64,000 bases of DNA from an uncultured Planctomycetota bacterium. GTDB taxonomy: Bacteria; Planctomycetota; Planctomycetia; Pirellulales; Lacipirellulaceae. Position 1 is the first letter of the stretch; each line of letters opens with the position of its first letter. Shown piece after piece: positions 29,467 to 40,948 of this stretch. The notes under the pieces are model-generated. The model saw nothing but the letters and a program-made list of their open reading frames with translations, did no database searches and was not told the origin of the DNA. The stretch spans positions 576,001 to 640,000 of the forward strand of contig CAVRBU010000002.1 of the NCBI GenBank assembly GCA_963719315.1. The letters run 5' to 3'. Position numbers and translations under genes: made by a program.

Positions 29467-30876
29467 CTAATACGCGTTTCGCTGCAGCAGCACCACGCGG
29501 AGCGTCTTGGCCAGGATTCTGGCGTCCATCCACAGCGACCATTCGCGAATGTACTGATGGTCGCAGGCCACGCGGCGTTCCATCTTGTCGAGCGTCTCGG
29601 TTTCGCCTCGATGGCCGCTCACTTGGGCCAGGCCCGTGATGCCCGGCTTCACTTTGTGCCGCAGCATGTAGCCGTTGATTAGGGAGCGATATTGCTCGTT
29701 GTGGGCAGTGGCGTGTGGCCGCGGACCCACGAGCGACATGCTGCCTTCCACGACGTTGAACAACTGTGGCAACTCATCGAGCGATGTCCGCCGCAAGAAA
29801 CGGCCGACTTTGGTGACGCGGGCGTCGTCGCGCGTCGCCTGCCGCACATTGCCACCATTTTCGCAGCAGGTCATCGTACGGAATTTCCAGACGAGGATTT
29901 CGCGGCCATCCAAACCGTACCGCCGCTGGCGGAAAAACACGGACCCCGACGACGTGAGCTTGATCGCCGCGGAGATGGCGAGCATCGGCAGCGCTGCGAT
30001 CGCCAGCAATAGCGACCCGACCACCACATCCATCGTCCGCTTCGCCAAACCGGCGATGCCATACAGCGGGTTTTCGAACACGCTCACGGCCGGCAAGCCG
30101 TCGATGTTCGTCCAGCGAGCGTGCAGCAACTCGAACACAAAAAAATCGGGCACGATGTATACACTGGCGGTCGTATCGCCCAACTTGGCGAGCACGTTGC
30201 GAATCCGCTCTTCAGCCCGCATCGGAAACGTGATGTAGATGATATCCAACTCACCGCGGCGGGCGCGACGGACTAATTCTTCCAAGTTGCCGGTGCGCGA
30301 CCCGACTAGGGACGGCAGTTCGGTCGTGCGATCGAGCGGCCGGTCATCGTAAAAGCCGGCGAGCCGCAGACCAATCTCGGGCGCCCGTTCGACATTCCGC
30401 GCGAGCTGAATCCCCAATTTGTTGACGCCGCAAATCGCATAACGGCGAATGTTGAAACCCCGGGCCCGGAGCTTCTGCTGGATCTTTCGCAGCACGATCC
30501 GGACCGCCACCATCGCGGCAGGCGTCGTGATTAGCCAAATCAATTTCGATTCATACGAATAGACGGCGTTGTGCCGCGTCACGAGGCCGATACCGAGCAA
30601 CACCGGCACCGTATAGCACCAGGTCAGCAATACGCAGCCAATTTCCCGCCGCAACCGCGTCCCACGCCAACTGCGGTACAGGCCGCTCAACTCGGCCGCG
30701 AAGTGGAACAGGAGAATCGTGGCCGTTGAAATCGTCAGCAACTCGGGCAAGCCGGTGTCCGCCGTTTGACCCATTGCCATGCGGACGGCGAGGCAGATTA
30801 CCGCGGCGTCGGCCAATCGATGCAAACTGTAAAGCAGCGATTCGTGAAATGAAATGCCACGCGAAACGGGCGACAT
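29467..30876 (-). CDS. wcaJ: Undecaprenyl-phosphate glucose phosphotransferase
   Basis: Four N-terminal TMs, then KRTMD, KFRTM, LDELPQL.NV..GSMSLVGPRPHA, KPGITGLAQV. Confidence 0.92.
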   Translation of the reverse strand: MSPVSRGISFHESLLYSLHRLADAAVICLAVRMAMGQTADTGLPELLTISTATILLFHFAAELSGLYRSWRGTRLRREIGCVLLTWCYTVPVLLGIGLVTRHNAVYSYESKLIWLITTPAAMVAVRIVLRKIQQKLRARGFNIRRYAICGVNKLGIQLARNVERAPEIGLRLAGFYDDRPLDRTTELPSLVGSRTGNLEELVRRARRGELDIIYITFPMRAEERIRNVLAKLGDTTASVYIVPDFFVFELLHARWTNIDGLPAVSVFENPLYGIAGLAKRTMDVVVGSLLLAIAALPMLAISAAIKLTSSGSVFFRQRRYGLDGREILVWKFRTMTCCENGGNVRQATRDDARVTKVGRFLRRTSLDELPQLFNVVEGSMSLVGPRPHATAHNEQYRSLINGYMLRHKVKPGITGLAQVSGHRGETETLDKMERRVACDHQYIREWSLWMDARILAKTLRVVLLQRNAY

Positions 30877-31356
30877 GATTTAGCTTCCCTCGGAAATCCC
30901 ACAACCCACTAGCGTCGGCGGCCACGCCGAATCGAGCACAATAATCCGCGACCCATCACCATCCGCCCTGCCCTACCCGCAGTCTGCGTGCCGGGCTCCT
31001 CCTACAACGCCGTTTTACGCCATTTTTTTCGCGATTTGGCGACTTCCCCGGGCTGATTTGCGTGCGGAATGTTGCGATTTCAATACATTCGGCGTATCCA
31101 TGCTGCCCCAGTTCACCGCACTGAAAGAGTCGCCCGGGGAACTTTCACCTCGGCAAAAACGTCTAATTTCCATTGCTGCGCCAACTGTTGATTTGCCGCG
31201 GAACGGGTTTCTTGTCCACAAACTGGCCCCAGACGCACCGGCCGGATTTCGCAAAATAAGGTGGACCTTGACGCGGTTCACCTCGTACAACAAGGGACGC
31301 CCGGCCGAGAGTCTTCGGTTTGATTTCCGCATTCCCGCCCGATCGGAACTGCTACG

Positions 31357-34300
31357 ATGCTTCGATTGAGTCTTCTCATGCTGACCCTTGTCGCGGGGGT
31401 TGTCGTCGCGATGGTCCAGACCGGCGCTAACGCCGAAAACGCACGGCCGACGCTGGAAATCCTTCTAAAAATGCACGCCGACGGAAACCACAAGGATGCC
31501 TACGAGGGTCTTCGCAAGTTCGTGATGTCGAAGGATGCCGCATCGGCCGATTTGCCAAAAGCCCTCGATGCGGCGATCGACTGCTTGCAAAAGCTTAACC
31601 GCGTGGATGAGATCGACGCCTTCCGCGAAGAGGCCGTCAAAGCCCATTCGACTGACTGGCGGCTACTGTCTGCCGTCGCCGAGTCGTATCAAAACATTCA
31701 GCATTTCGGCTACATGATCGGCGGCGAGTTTCTCCGCGGTCAGCATCGGGGCGGCGGCAAGATCGTCCACGCCACGGCCCGTGACCGCGTGCGGGCGCTA
31801 CAGCTTTTTCGAACCGCGATGCAGCAGGCCGCATTTGCGGACAACAAGGCCGAGCCAGCCGAAATGCTCCGCCATTTCGCCGAAGCGCTGATGATCGGCA
31901 ATGAAGCGTGGCGGCTGCAATTGCTAACCGCCCTGGATCGGCTCCCCGATTACGAAGATGGCTACGGCTATGGATACGGCGGCCCGCCGCAGGGTGCGCC
32001 GGTCGATGCCGACGATACCCCCATCTACTACGCGCTCCCCAAATCGTGGGAGGCGGCCAAAAACGACGGCGAGCGTTGGCGGTGGGTGCTTGAAACGATG
32101 GTCGAATGGAAGCCAACGCTCCGCAACGACGAGCGCACCATTCGCGCGCAGTTTCTGCAATCGCAGTTCGGCGTGCAAACGCTGGCCCAGTTTGGAATCG
32201 AGTTGCCCCAGCGAGACGAGACCGCCACCGGCAAGGTCGACAAGAAGCCCGGTGTTTGGGCGCTCGATACGCTCGGCGAGGATGAAACGATCGCCCGTCT
32301 CGCCACGGGCCTCAAGCGTTTCAAGTTGCCCGATGAGCACAATTTCATCAAGCTGTATCAGCAGGTGGTCGTCGATGCGGACAGCAATAAGACTCCGGCG
32401 CTAGATCTGCAGGCGATTTCCAACTTAGCCCAACTCTTCGCCAATCGTCGCCAATACCCGCGCGCTGCCGAATACTGGCGGATGGCGGTGGATCGCTCTT
32501 CGGGCGACGCGCGTAAAGCCAATCAACAGCGGCTCGACCAAATCATCGGCAACTGGGGCCAGTTCGAAACCGTGATGTCGCAGCCGGCCGGCAGCGGCGC
32601 CACGGTCGACTTCCGCTTTCGCAACGCCCAGCGCGTCGATTTCGTGGCCCGCGAAATCAACGTCGCCAAGCTGCTCGCCGATGCAAAAGCCTATCTGCAA
32701 TCGAAGCCCAAGCAGCTGGATTGGCAACAGATGAACATCTCGGACGTCGGGTATCGACTGGTCCAGGACCAGCAGAACAAGTATGTCGGCGCCGAAGTCG
32801 CGAATTGGAAATTGGACCTCCAGCCGCGCGACAAGCATTTTGACAAACGGATTACCGTCACTACGCCTCTTCAAAAGGCCGGAGCTTACCTCGTTACGGC
32901 CAAGATTGCGGGCGGTAACACGTCGAAGATTGTCCTCTGGCTTGCCGATACCGCGATCGTCCGCAAGCCGATGCAAGACAAGTCGTATTACTATGTTGCC
33001 GACGCCGTCAGCGGGGCGCCACTCGCCAAGGCGAACGTCGAATTCTTCGCGTTCCGGCAGCGCCGCACCGACGGCAAAAACTACGAGGTGGAGACCAAGA
33101 ATTTCGCCGAAGCAACGGACGAAAATGGCCAGGTGTTCCTGCCGATCCCCGATAACGACAAGGACCCGGCCGCGCGCGAATTTCAATGGTTCGCCACGGC
33201 CACGACGCCCAAAGGCCGGCTCGCCTATTTAGGCTTCCATAACGTCTGGCAGGCCAAATACTACGATGCGCAATATAGCGAAATCAAGACCTTCACCATC
33301 ACCGACCGTCCCGTTTATCGCCCGAGCCAAACGGTGCAGTTCAAGTTTTGGATTTCCCAGGCCCAGTACGACGCCGAGGACAAGTCACCGTTCGCACACA
33401 AAGCCTTCGCCGTCGAAATTCACAACCCCAAGGGCGAGAAGGTTTACAGCGAAACGCTGACGTCCGACAACTACGGCGGCATCGCCGGCAAGTTCGATTT
33501 GCCCGCCGACGCCACGCTTGGCCTGTATCAATTGCTGGTTGTCAACCGCGGCGGCGGAACGTTCCGCGTCGAGGAGTATAAGAAGCCCGAATACGAAGTC
33601 TCGGTTGAAGCACCCACCGAACCTGTCATGCTTGGCGAAAAGATATCGGCTACGATCCGCGCGAAGTATTATTTCGGCTCGCCCGTCGTCAATGCGAACG
33701 TGAAGTACAAAATCCTCCGTAGCGAGCAAACGACCCGCTGGTTCCCGCCTGGTCCCTGGAATTGGCTCTACGGCCCCGGGTACGGGTGGTTCTCATACGA
33801 TTACCTTTGGTACCCAGGCTGGCGCGATTGGGGCTGCCGGCCACCGTCGCCATTCTGGTATATCCGCCCGGTCGAACAGCCTGAAATCGTGGCCGAACGA
33901 CAGGTGCCGATCGGCCCGGACGGTACGGTCCAAGTCGAAATCGACACTTCGATCGCCAAGGAATTGCACCCCGACCAGGATCATCGATACGACATTCAAG
34001 TGGAGGTTGTCGATGAGTCGCGCCGCACGATCGTCGGCAGCGGCGACGTGCTCGTCGCCCGCCAGCCGTTCGAGGTGCATGCTTGGGTCGATCGCGGCCA
34101 CTACCGTGTCGGCGATACGATCACTGCGCACTTCGCCGCCCGGCGAATAGACGGAAAACCGGTCGAGGGCGCCGGCAAGCTCCGGCTGCTGAAGATTTCC
34201 TACGGCGCCCCGCCGGAACGCGCGCCCGTCGAAACGGAAGTCCGCTCGTGGAGCCTGGCGACGAATGCCGAAGGCCTGGCCGAAATTCAGTTGAAGGCAT

Positions 34301-37300
34301 CCGAAAAGGGCCAGTTCCGACTTTCGTACCGAGTGACGGATAAAGCCGAGCACGAAATCGAAGGCGGCTACGTGTTCACCATCAACGGCGACGGCTTCAA
34401 TGGCAGCGAGTTCCGCTTCAACGACCTCGAAATCGTGCCCGACAAGCGCGTCTTCGCGCCGGACGAAAAAGTCCAACTGCAGCTCAACACGAATCACATC
34501 GGCTCCACAGTGCTGCTGTTCTTGCGGCCCTCGAACGGCATCTACTTGCCGCCGCAAATTGTGCGCATCGCCGGCAAAAGCACGGTCGTCGAAGTCGCCG
34601 TCACGCAGAAAGACATGCCCAACTTCTTCGTCGAAGCGACCACTGTCGCCAATGGCCGCGTCCACACCGAATCTCGCGAAATCTGCGTGCCGCCCGCGAA
34701 ACGTATCCTCAATATGGAAGCCGTTTCATCGGCCGAATCCTACAAACCGGGTCAGCACGCCAAGATCACCGTAAAGTTGACCGACGAAGCAGGCAAGCCG
34801 TACGTTGGCTCGACCGTCCTCTCGATCTTTGACAAAAGCGTTGAATACATCTCTGGCGGCTCGAATGTCGCCGATATCAAAACGTTTTTCTGGAAGTGGC
34901 AGCGCCAGCACCGGCCGCACCTCGAAACGAACCTCGGCCATTGGAGCACGAACCTCATCCCGCCGGGCCAGAACGCCATGGAAAGTCTCGGCGTGTTCGG
35001 TAGCACGGTGGCCGATGAAGACTCTTTGACGAGCTTATATTCCGATGGGTCAAGAAAACCTTCGGCTCGTGCCCAAAGCGGCTTCGGCGGAGGCGGTCAG
35101 AACCGAATGATGTTCGGTGTCGCCATGGCGGCGGAGGCTGCCCCACCTGGTTCGCCAGCGCCAGCAGTGGCAGAGTCCAAAATGGACGCGTCAGCGGCCT
35201 CCCCATCCGCCGCGCTCGTCCAGCCCTCGCTCCGCAGCGAGTTTGCCGACACGGCCTTGTGGGTCGCCTCGCTCGAAACCAACAAAGATGGCGTCGCCGA
35301 GGCCGAGCTCGATATGCCGCAGAACCTCACGACCTGGAAAATCCGCGCCTGGGGCATGGGCCACGGCGCCCGCGTCGGCGAAGCGTCGGCTGAAACGGTC
35401 ACTCGCAAAAACCTCATCGTCCGCATGCAAGCCCCCCGATTCCTCGTCGAGCGGGACGAAGTCGTTCTCAGCGCGAACGTCCACAACTATCTGCCGACGG
35501 TAAAACAGGTGAAGGTCCGCCTCGAACTCGATGGCAACACGCTCGAACTACCCTCCGCCCCCGAGAACACTGTTGAAATACCGGCCGGCGGCGAGCAGCG
35601 CGTCGATTGGCGCGTCAAAGTGCAGCGCGAGGGTGAGGCCGTCCTCCGCATGCTCGCTCTCACCGATGAAGAGTCCGACGCCGTGCAAGTGAAGTTGCCC
35701 GTCTATGTGCATGGCATGCTCAAGATGGATAGCTTCAGCGGTTCGCTCCGCCCCGATGATCGGCTGGGCACGTTCGAAGTGAAGGTGCCACAGGAACGCC
35801 GCGCCGAAGAAACCCGGCTCGAAGTTCGCTATTCACCCACGCTGGCCGGCGCGATGGTCGACGCCCTGCCCTACCTCATCGACTATCCCTACGGCTGCAC
35901 CGAGCAAACGCTCAATCGCTTCCTACCGGCCGCGATCACGCAACAAACGCTGCTGCGGATGAAGCTCGACCTCAAAGCGATCCAACAAAAGCGCACCAAC
36001 CTCAATGCTCAGGAACTCGGCGACGCGGCCGCGCGGGCTAAAGGCTGGCAACGTTTCAAAGCCAATCCCGTGTTTGACGAGGCCGAACTCACCAGGATCG
36101 TGAAAGCCGGCGTCAATCGGCTGCAGGAAATGCAGCTCTCCGACGGCGGTTGGGGCTGGTTCAGCGGCTGGGGCGAACAATCCTCGGCACACACGACGGC
36201 CACGGTCGTTCACGGTCTGCAAATCGCGCAGCAGAACGATGTCGCCCTCCTGCCCGGCGTGCTGGAGCGCGGCGTCGAATGGCTCAAGCGTTATCAAGAG
36301 GAGCAACTCCGCCGCCTGGCAAACATGGATGCCAAAGGCAACATCCTCAACAAACAGAAACCGGCAAAGCAATTCGCCGACAATCTCGACGCCCTCGTCT
36401 ACATGGTCCTATCCGACGCCAAAGTCAAAAGCGACTCGATGCGCGACCGCCTCTACAATGACCGCACCCATCTCGCCGTTTACGGCTTAGCGATGTACGG
36501 CCTCGCCCTTAACAACCAACAAGAGGCCGACAAGCTGGCGATGATCATGCAGAACATCAGTCAATACGTCGTCGAAGACAACGAGAACCAAACTGCATAC
36601 CTGAACTTGCCGCCCAATCTATGGTGGTATTGGTACGGCAGCGAGTTCGAGGCCAATGCGTATTATTTGAAGCTGCTCGCCGCCACGCAGCCCAAGAGCC
36701 CCGTCGCGCCGCGGCTCGTGAAATACCTCATCAACAATCGCAAGCACGCGACCTATTGGAACAGCACGCGCGACACGGCCCTCGTCATCGAAGCGCTTGC
36801 CGATTACATCAAAGCCAGCGGCGAGGATAAGCCCAATCTTACCGTCGAAGTTTGGGTCGATGGCCAGAAACGCAAGGAAGCCAAGATCGACGCCGAAAAC
36901 CTCTTTACATTCGATAACGCATTCGTGCTCGAAGGCGATGCGCTTACGCCCGGCCCGCACACGGTCGAGCTCCGCAAGAATGGCGCCGGCCCACTGTATT
37001 GGAACGGTTACCTCACCAACTTCACGCTCGAAGAAAACATCCGCCGCGCCGGGTTGGAACTCAAAGTCGAGCGACACTACTACAAGCTCACGCCTGCCGA
37101 CAAATCGATCAACGTCGCCGGCGGCCGCGGCCAGGCCGTCAGCCAGCGCGTCGAAAAATATGACCGCAAGGAAATTCCCGACTTGGGCACGGTCAACAGC
37201 GGCGATCTGGTTGAGATCGAGCTCGTGATCGAATCGAAAAACGATTACGAGTACATCCTATTCGAAGACATGAAAGCCGCCGGCTGCGAACCCGTCGCGA

Positions 37301-37566
37301 TCCAAAGCGGCTACAAAGGAAACGCGCTCGGCGCGTACATGGAACTGCGCGACAACCGCGTCTCGCTCTTCGTGAAAAACCTGGCCCGTGGCAAACACAG
37401 CGTCAGCTACCGCATGCGCGCCGAAATCCCAGGCCGCTTCAGCACGCTTCCCACCAGAGCCTCGGCGATGTACGCCCCCGAACTCCGCGGCAACTCCGAT
37501 GAACTGAAACTAAACATCACCGACGCTACCCCATCCGGCGAGCCCGCTTCAGCGGGCGGGAAATAA
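31357..37566 (+). CDS. Bacterial alpha-2-macroglobulin family protein (2069 aa)
   Basis: TDRPVYRP (MG2), VEEYKKPEY, LRSEFADTA, PQNLTTW, thioester YPYGCTEQ, Q.SDGGWGW, MYAPE. Confidence 0.93.
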   Translation: MLRLSLLMLTLVAGVVVAMVQTGANAENARPTLEILLKMHADGNHKDAYEGLRKFVMSKDAASADLPKALDAAIDCLQKLNRVDEIDAFREEAVKAHSTDWRLLSAVAESYQNIQHFGYMIGGEFLRGQHRGGGKIVHATARDRVRALQLFRTAMQQAAFADNKAEPAEMLRHFAEALMIGNEAWRLQLLTALDRLPDYEDGYGYGYGGPPQGAPVDADDTPIYYALPKSWEAAKNDGERWRWVLETMVEWKPTLRNDERTIRAQFLQSQFGVQTLAQFGIELPQRDETATGKVDKKPGVWALDTLGEDETIARLATGLKRFKLPDEHNFIKLYQQVVVDADSNKTPALDLQAISNLAQLFANRRQYPRAAEYWRMAVDRSSGDARKANQQRLDQIIGNWGQFETVMSQPAGSGATVDFRFRNAQRVDFVAREINVAKLLADAKAYLQSKPKQLDWQQMNISDVGYRLVQDQQNKYVGAEVANWKLDLQPRDKHFDKRITVTTPLQKAGAYLVTAKIAGGNTSKIVLWLADTAIVRKPMQDKSYYYVADAVSGAPLAKANVEFFAFRQRRTDGKNYEVETKNFAEATDENGQVFLPIPDNDKDPAAREFQWFATATTPKGRLAYLGFHNVWQAKYYDAQYSEIKTFTITDRPVYRPSQTVQFKFWISQAQYDAEDKSPFAHKAFAVEIHNPKGEKVYSETLTSDNYGGIAGKFDLPADATLGLYQLLVVNRGGGTFRVEEYKKPEYEVSVEAPTEPVMLGEKISATIRAKYYFGSPVVNANVKYKILRSEQTTRWFPPGPWNWLYGPGYGWFSYDYLWYPGWRDWGCRPPSPFWYIRPVEQPEIVAERQVPIGPDGTVQVEIDTSIAKELHPDQDHRYDIQVEVVDESRRTIVGSGDVLVARQPFEVHAWVDRGHYRVGDTITAHFAARRIDGKPVEGAGKLRLLKISYGAPPERAPVETEVRSWSLATNAEGLAEIQLKASEKGQFRLSYRVTDKAEHEIEGGYVFTINGDGFNGSEFRFNDLEIVPDKRVFAPDEKVQLQLNTNHIGSTVLLFLRPSNGIYLPPQIVRIAGKSTVVEVAVTQKDMPNFFVEATTVANGRVHTESREICVPPAKRILNMEAVSSAESYKPGQHAKITVKLTDEAGKPYVGSTVLSIFDKSVEYISGGSNVADIKTFFWKWQRQHRPHLETNLGHWSTNLIPPGQNAMESLGVFGSTVADEDSLTSLYSDGSRKPSARAQSGFGGGGQNRMMFGVAMAAEAAPPGSPAPAVAESKMDASAASPSAALVQPSLRSEFADTALWVASLETNKDGVAEAELDMPQNLTTWKIRAWGMGHGARVGEASAETVTRKNLIVRMQAPRFLVERDEVVLSANVHNYLPTVKQVKVRLELDGNTLELPSAPENTVEIPAGGEQRVDWRVKVQREGEAVLRMLALTDEESDAVQVKLPVYVHGMLKMDSFSGSLRPDDRLGTFEVKVPQERRAEETRLEVRYSPTLAGAMVDALPYLIDYPYGCTEQTLNRFLPAAITQQTLLRMKLDLKAIQQKRTNLNAQELGDAAARAKGWQRFKANPVFDEAELTRIVKAGVNRLQEMQLSDGGWGWFSGWGEQSSAHTTATVVHGLQIAQQNDVALLPGVLERGVEWLKRYQEEQLRRLANMDAKGNILNKQKPAKQFADNLDALVYMVLSDAKVKSDSMRDRLYNDRTHLAVYGLAMYGLALNNQQEADKLAMIMQNISQYVVEDNENQTAYLNLPPNLWWYWYGSEFEANAYYLKLLAATQPKSPVAPRLVKYLINNRKHATYWNSTRDTALVIEALADYIKASGEDKPNLTVEVWVDGQKRKEAKIDAENLFTFDNAFVLEGDALTPGPHTVELRKNGAGPLYWNGYLTNFTLEENIRRAGLELKVERHYYKLTPADKSINVAGGRGQAVSQRVEKYDRKEIPDLGTVNSGDLVEIELVIESKNDYEYILFEDMKAAGCEPVAIQSGYKGNALGAYMELRDNRVSLFVKNLARGKHSVSYRMRAEIPGRFSTLPTRASAMYAPELRGNSDELKLNITDATPSGEPASAGGK

Positions 37567-37684
37567 CGGTTGGGTTGAACTATCACCTGTCATACTGAGG
37601 TACTCCAAAGAATCTAGCCGACACGTTCGGAATAGCTCAGGGTGACCAGTTAGAAAAATAGATTCTCGTGATTCGACTCGCGAG

Positions 37685-38074
37685 CTAAGATTTGTGCTTC
37701 GGAAGTTCAATGCATTGCTGTTGTTCGCGCGACAGCATGAAATTTTCCAAATCATCCAGGTAGCCGGCTGGGCTGCATTGCAAGTAGAAGGTGCAGACAG
37801 CGGCCAGCAACAATCCTCCAAGCCACCGAGCACGAAACACGCCAGCAACCACCAAGCCAACAATACTGACCGACCAAACGGCCCAGAGGAACATTACTGC
37901 CGTGGAAACGCCGATGTGACGATTCGCGTCAGCTCGTTGATAGTAAAAAAATGGCTCCGGCGCGGCATACGAAGCAGCAAGAACGAACGACGCGATCGTT
38001 AAAATTGCGGCCGAAACCTTGAACACGACAGATAAGTGTTCCCGACTCATTTGATCACTCGCATCGCGCCCCAT
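37685..38074 (-). CDS. Small low-GC membrane protein, hypothetical
   Basis: Three hydrophobic segments. Start uncertain (38125, 38074 or 38050). Confidence 0.5.
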   Translation of the reverse strand: MGRDASDQMSREHLSVVFKVSAAILTIASFVLAASYAAPEPFFYYQRADANRHIGVSTAVMFLWAVWSVSIVGLVVAGVFRARWLGGLLLAAVCTFYLQCSPAGYLDDLENFMLSREQQQCIELPKHKS

Positions 38075-38198
38075 GATCGCATCCCTCAAATATGATCTTA
38101 TCCTGGTGGCTGTCATTGAGTCCATCCGCTAGCATCCGGCGCGAGAATCGGTAAAATCAACGATCTAGGTTCCACAACGCCTGCGGAAAGGATTCACC

Positions 38199-38819
38199 GT
38201 GTCGCTCGTCGCTGAAGAACGAATTCTTGTCGTCCCCACCACGCTGTTCCACGACCTCGGATACTTCCAAGGTTTCTCGCGCGAGATCGACCGCTACTGG
38301 CCGCGGCTTGTCGTCGGCGATCATGTCGAATACCGCCCCCGCGGCGAAATGGAAGCCGACCCCAGCTTTAAGCAATTCATTCCGTACTGCCTCTTCCGTT
38401 GGACCGACGCCAGCGGCACCGTCCACCTCTTCGAATACCAACGCGGCGGCGGCAGCGGCGAAGCCCGCCTGCGAGCCAAGCGCAGCGTCGGCGTCGGTGG
38501 CCACATCTCGTCGATCGACTCCGAAGTCGGACAACTCGAAAACGTGTATCGAGAAGGCATGCGGCGCGAGCTCGAAGAGGAAGTCATCATTGACACCGCG
38601 TACACCGAAACGGTTGCCGGTCTCATCAACGATGATGAAACCCCCGTCGGCCGCGTCCATCTCGGCATGGTCCACCTCTGCGACGTTCGCGAGCCGCACG
38701 TGCAACCGCGCGAAGCCGATATCCAAGACGCCCGGTTCAGCCCCGTGGCCGATATCCTCACGCGCCTTGACCAGTTCGAAAGCTGGTCCCAAATCGCCGT
38801 CCGGGCGCTCTTCAGCTAA
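38199..38819 (+). CDS. Nudix-like phosphoesterase (YmaB-like)
   Basis: E.DPSFKQ.IPY, GEARL..K.SVGVGGHI, RELEEEV, VGRVHLG, ESWS. Confidence 0.85.
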   Translation: MSLVAEERILVVPTTLFHDLGYFQGFSREIDRYWPRLVVGDHVEYRPRGEMEADPSFKQFIPYCLFRWTDASGTVHLFEYQRGGGSGEARLRAKRSVGVGGHISSIDSEVGQLENVYREGMRRELEEEVIIDTAYTETVAGLINDDETPVGRVHLGMVHLCDVREPHVQPREADIQDARFSPVADILTRLDQFESWSQIAVRALFS

Positions 38820-38842
38820 CGAATCAGCTTGCACTCCTCCGT

Positions 38843-38964
38843 GTGCCACTGGCTATGCCAGTGTCCGAAGGTGGCATGCTCTCGCGAAGCACGACATGCC
38901 CACGCTCGCGAGTGAGCGTTGACGCTTCGCGTGAGCATGCTGGCGCGAGCGAGGGCATGCCACC
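38843..38964. repeat. Cluster of REP-like palindromes
   Basis: GTGCCACTGGCTATGCCAGTG, then GGTGGCATGC ... GCATGCCACC enclosing internal palindromes. Confidence 0.75.
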
Positions 38965-39019
38965 CACCGATTGAGTACAATTGAGCGTACACGCACCCAA
39001 CCGCTTGCGGTTTAGCTCC

Positions 39020-40222
39020 ATGCCCGCCCACGACTTCGTCTACCTAGACAACCACGCCACCACGCGCGTCGACCCGCGCGTCGTTGAGGCGATGTTGCCC
39101 TACTTCGACGAGAAATACGCCAACCCGCACAGCGTCCACGCTGCCGGCCATGAAGCCCGGGACGCCGTCGACCAAGCGCGAAACGCGATCGCGGCCGCCA
39201 TCGGCGCTGACGCCACTGAAATCGTCTTCACCAGCGGCGCGACCGAAAGCAACAACCTCGCCATCCGCGGCGTCGCCGAGCGCGACCGACGCCGCGGCAA
39301 TCAACTCGTAAGTGTGGCAACCGAGCACAAAGCCGTGCTCGATCCGCTCGCCCGCCTCGCGCGCCGTGGCTACAACGTCACGCTGCTCGATGTCGAGCAA
39401 CACGACAGCCCTCGCGCCGGTTGGCTCGACCCACAAAAAGTCGCAGACGCGCTACGCGACGACACGTGCCTCGTCGACGTAATGCTCGCCAACAATGAAA
39501 TCGGCGTCATTCAACCGCTGGCCGAGATTGCCGCGGTGTGCAAAGCGCACGGCGTCCTGCTGCATTGCGATGCCACACAAGCCGTCGGAAAAATTCCGGT
39601 TGATGTGGCGGCGCTCGGCGTCGATCTGCTGAGCTTCTCCGCCCACAAAATCTACGGCCCGAAAGGTGTCGGCGCCCTCTACGTGCGGCGGCGCGATCCG
39701 ATCGTGCGGCTCGAACCGCAGATCGTCGGCGGTGGCCAGCAGGAGGGTCGCCGTAGCGGCACACTGAACGTCCCCGGCATCGTCGGTTTCGCCACGGCCT
39801 TGCAACTCTGCCTGGACGAGCTACCGAGCGAATCTCGGCGTTTAGCTGAACTGCGAAATACGTTGGCCCGCGCTATCAACAACCAAATAGGCGATGTCCG
39901 CTTGTGCGGCCCAGATTTGGAATTGAGATGTGACGACGGCACTCCGCTGCGACTTCCCGGAAATCTGAATGTCTCGTTTGGCAACGTCGATGGTGAAGCC
40001 CTACTGTTGGCCATGCGCAACCTGGCGGTGAGCAGCGGCGCCGCCTGCACCTCCACCGACAGCGGCCCGAGCCACGTCCTGCTGGCCTTGGGTCTCAGCG
40101 AAGACGATGCCCGCAGCAGCCTCCGCTTCGGACTGGGCCGCTTCAACACCGCCGCCGAGATCGACTTCGCAACCGACCGCGTTACCTCGGCCGTGCAAGA
40201 ACTGCGCAAGCTGAAAGTGTAA
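39020..40222 (+). CDS. iscS: Cysteine desulfurase (IscS/NifS)
   Basis: [24 protein letters not shown] (PLP Lys), SSGAAC (catalytic Cys). Confidence 0.93.
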   Translation: MPAHDFVYLDNHATTRVDPRVVEAMLPYFDEKYANPHSVHAAGHEARDAVDQARNAIAAAIGADATEIVFTSGATESNNLAIRGVAERDRRRGNQLVSVATEHKAVLDPLARLARRGYNVTLLDVEQHDSPRAGWLDPQKVADALRDDTCLVDVMLANNEIGVIQPLAEIAAVCKAHGVLLHCDATQAVGKIPVDVAALGVDLLSFSAHKIYGPKGVGALYVRRRDPIVRLEPQIVGGGQQEGRRSGTLNVPGIVGFATALQLCLDELPSESRRLAELRNTLARAINNQIGDVRLCGPDLELRCDDGTPLRLPGNLNVSFGNVDGEALLLAMRNLAVSSGAACTSTDSGPSHVLLALGLSEDDARSSLRFGLGRFNTAAEIDFATDRVTSAVQELRKLKV

Positions 40223-40381
40223 TTCCCACCCACCGCGAGCGGGTTATCTGCTACATTCTGGCCAGACTACACTGTTTCCCGCCACGCCGCCGATGACTAT
40301 AATTGAACAACGAGATTCATTACAACTACGTTGCAAATTGTACGCATCTGACCGATTTCACGAATTGGAGATTTACGAAAA

Positions 40382-40715
40382 ATGGCCGTTGTCCTTACCG
40401 AAAAGGCTGCCAACGAAGTCAAGCGGATCATCGCCGATCAGAAAATCGAGCCGGAGATGGTGCTCCGAGTCGGCGTCACCGGCGGCGGTTGCAGCGGCTT
40501 TTCTTACGCGCTCGGGTTCGACAAGTCGTTCGACGAAAAAATCGATTCGCAGCTTTGAATACCACGGTGTCCCCGTCGTAGTGGATAAGAAAAGCGCACT
40601 GTATCTCGATGGCACCACCATCGACTTCTACGAAGGCCTCGAAGCCCGCGGCTTCAAGTTCGACAATCCAAACGCCGTGAAATCGTGCGGCTGCGGCAGC
40701 TCGTTTCAGGCGTAG
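40382..40715 (+). CDS. iscA: A-type Fe-S carrier (IscA/HesB), split by a 1-nt frameshift at ~40553
   Basis: [22 protein letters not shown] stops at TGA 40556-40558. The +1 frame continues [22 protein letters not shown]. Confidence 0.92.
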
Positions 40716-40718
40716 CGA

Positions 40719-40786
40719 AGTAGGTCCCGCTTGCCGAGCGGGACCTGCACCAACGCTGAGGTCCTTTCCGGCAGAAGGGACCTACT
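40719..40786. repeat. GTAG-type REP doublet after iscA
   Basis: GTAGGTCCCGCTTGCCGAGCGGGACCT ... AGGTCCTTTCCGGCAGAAGGGACCTAC. Confidence 0.85.
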
Positions 40787-40948
40787 AAGACACGCACAAT
40801 CCCTACAACCGGGCGCACATTCTCCGCGCACCCGCGCTTGCTTTCGTCCCCCGGTGAGCTAGGCTTTTAGCAAGGACATAGCCCGTTTGGCGCACGGCGC
40901 CATTCCGGCTCGTGAAGTAAAAAGCCTCCCCAAGGCGGACCAAACACC

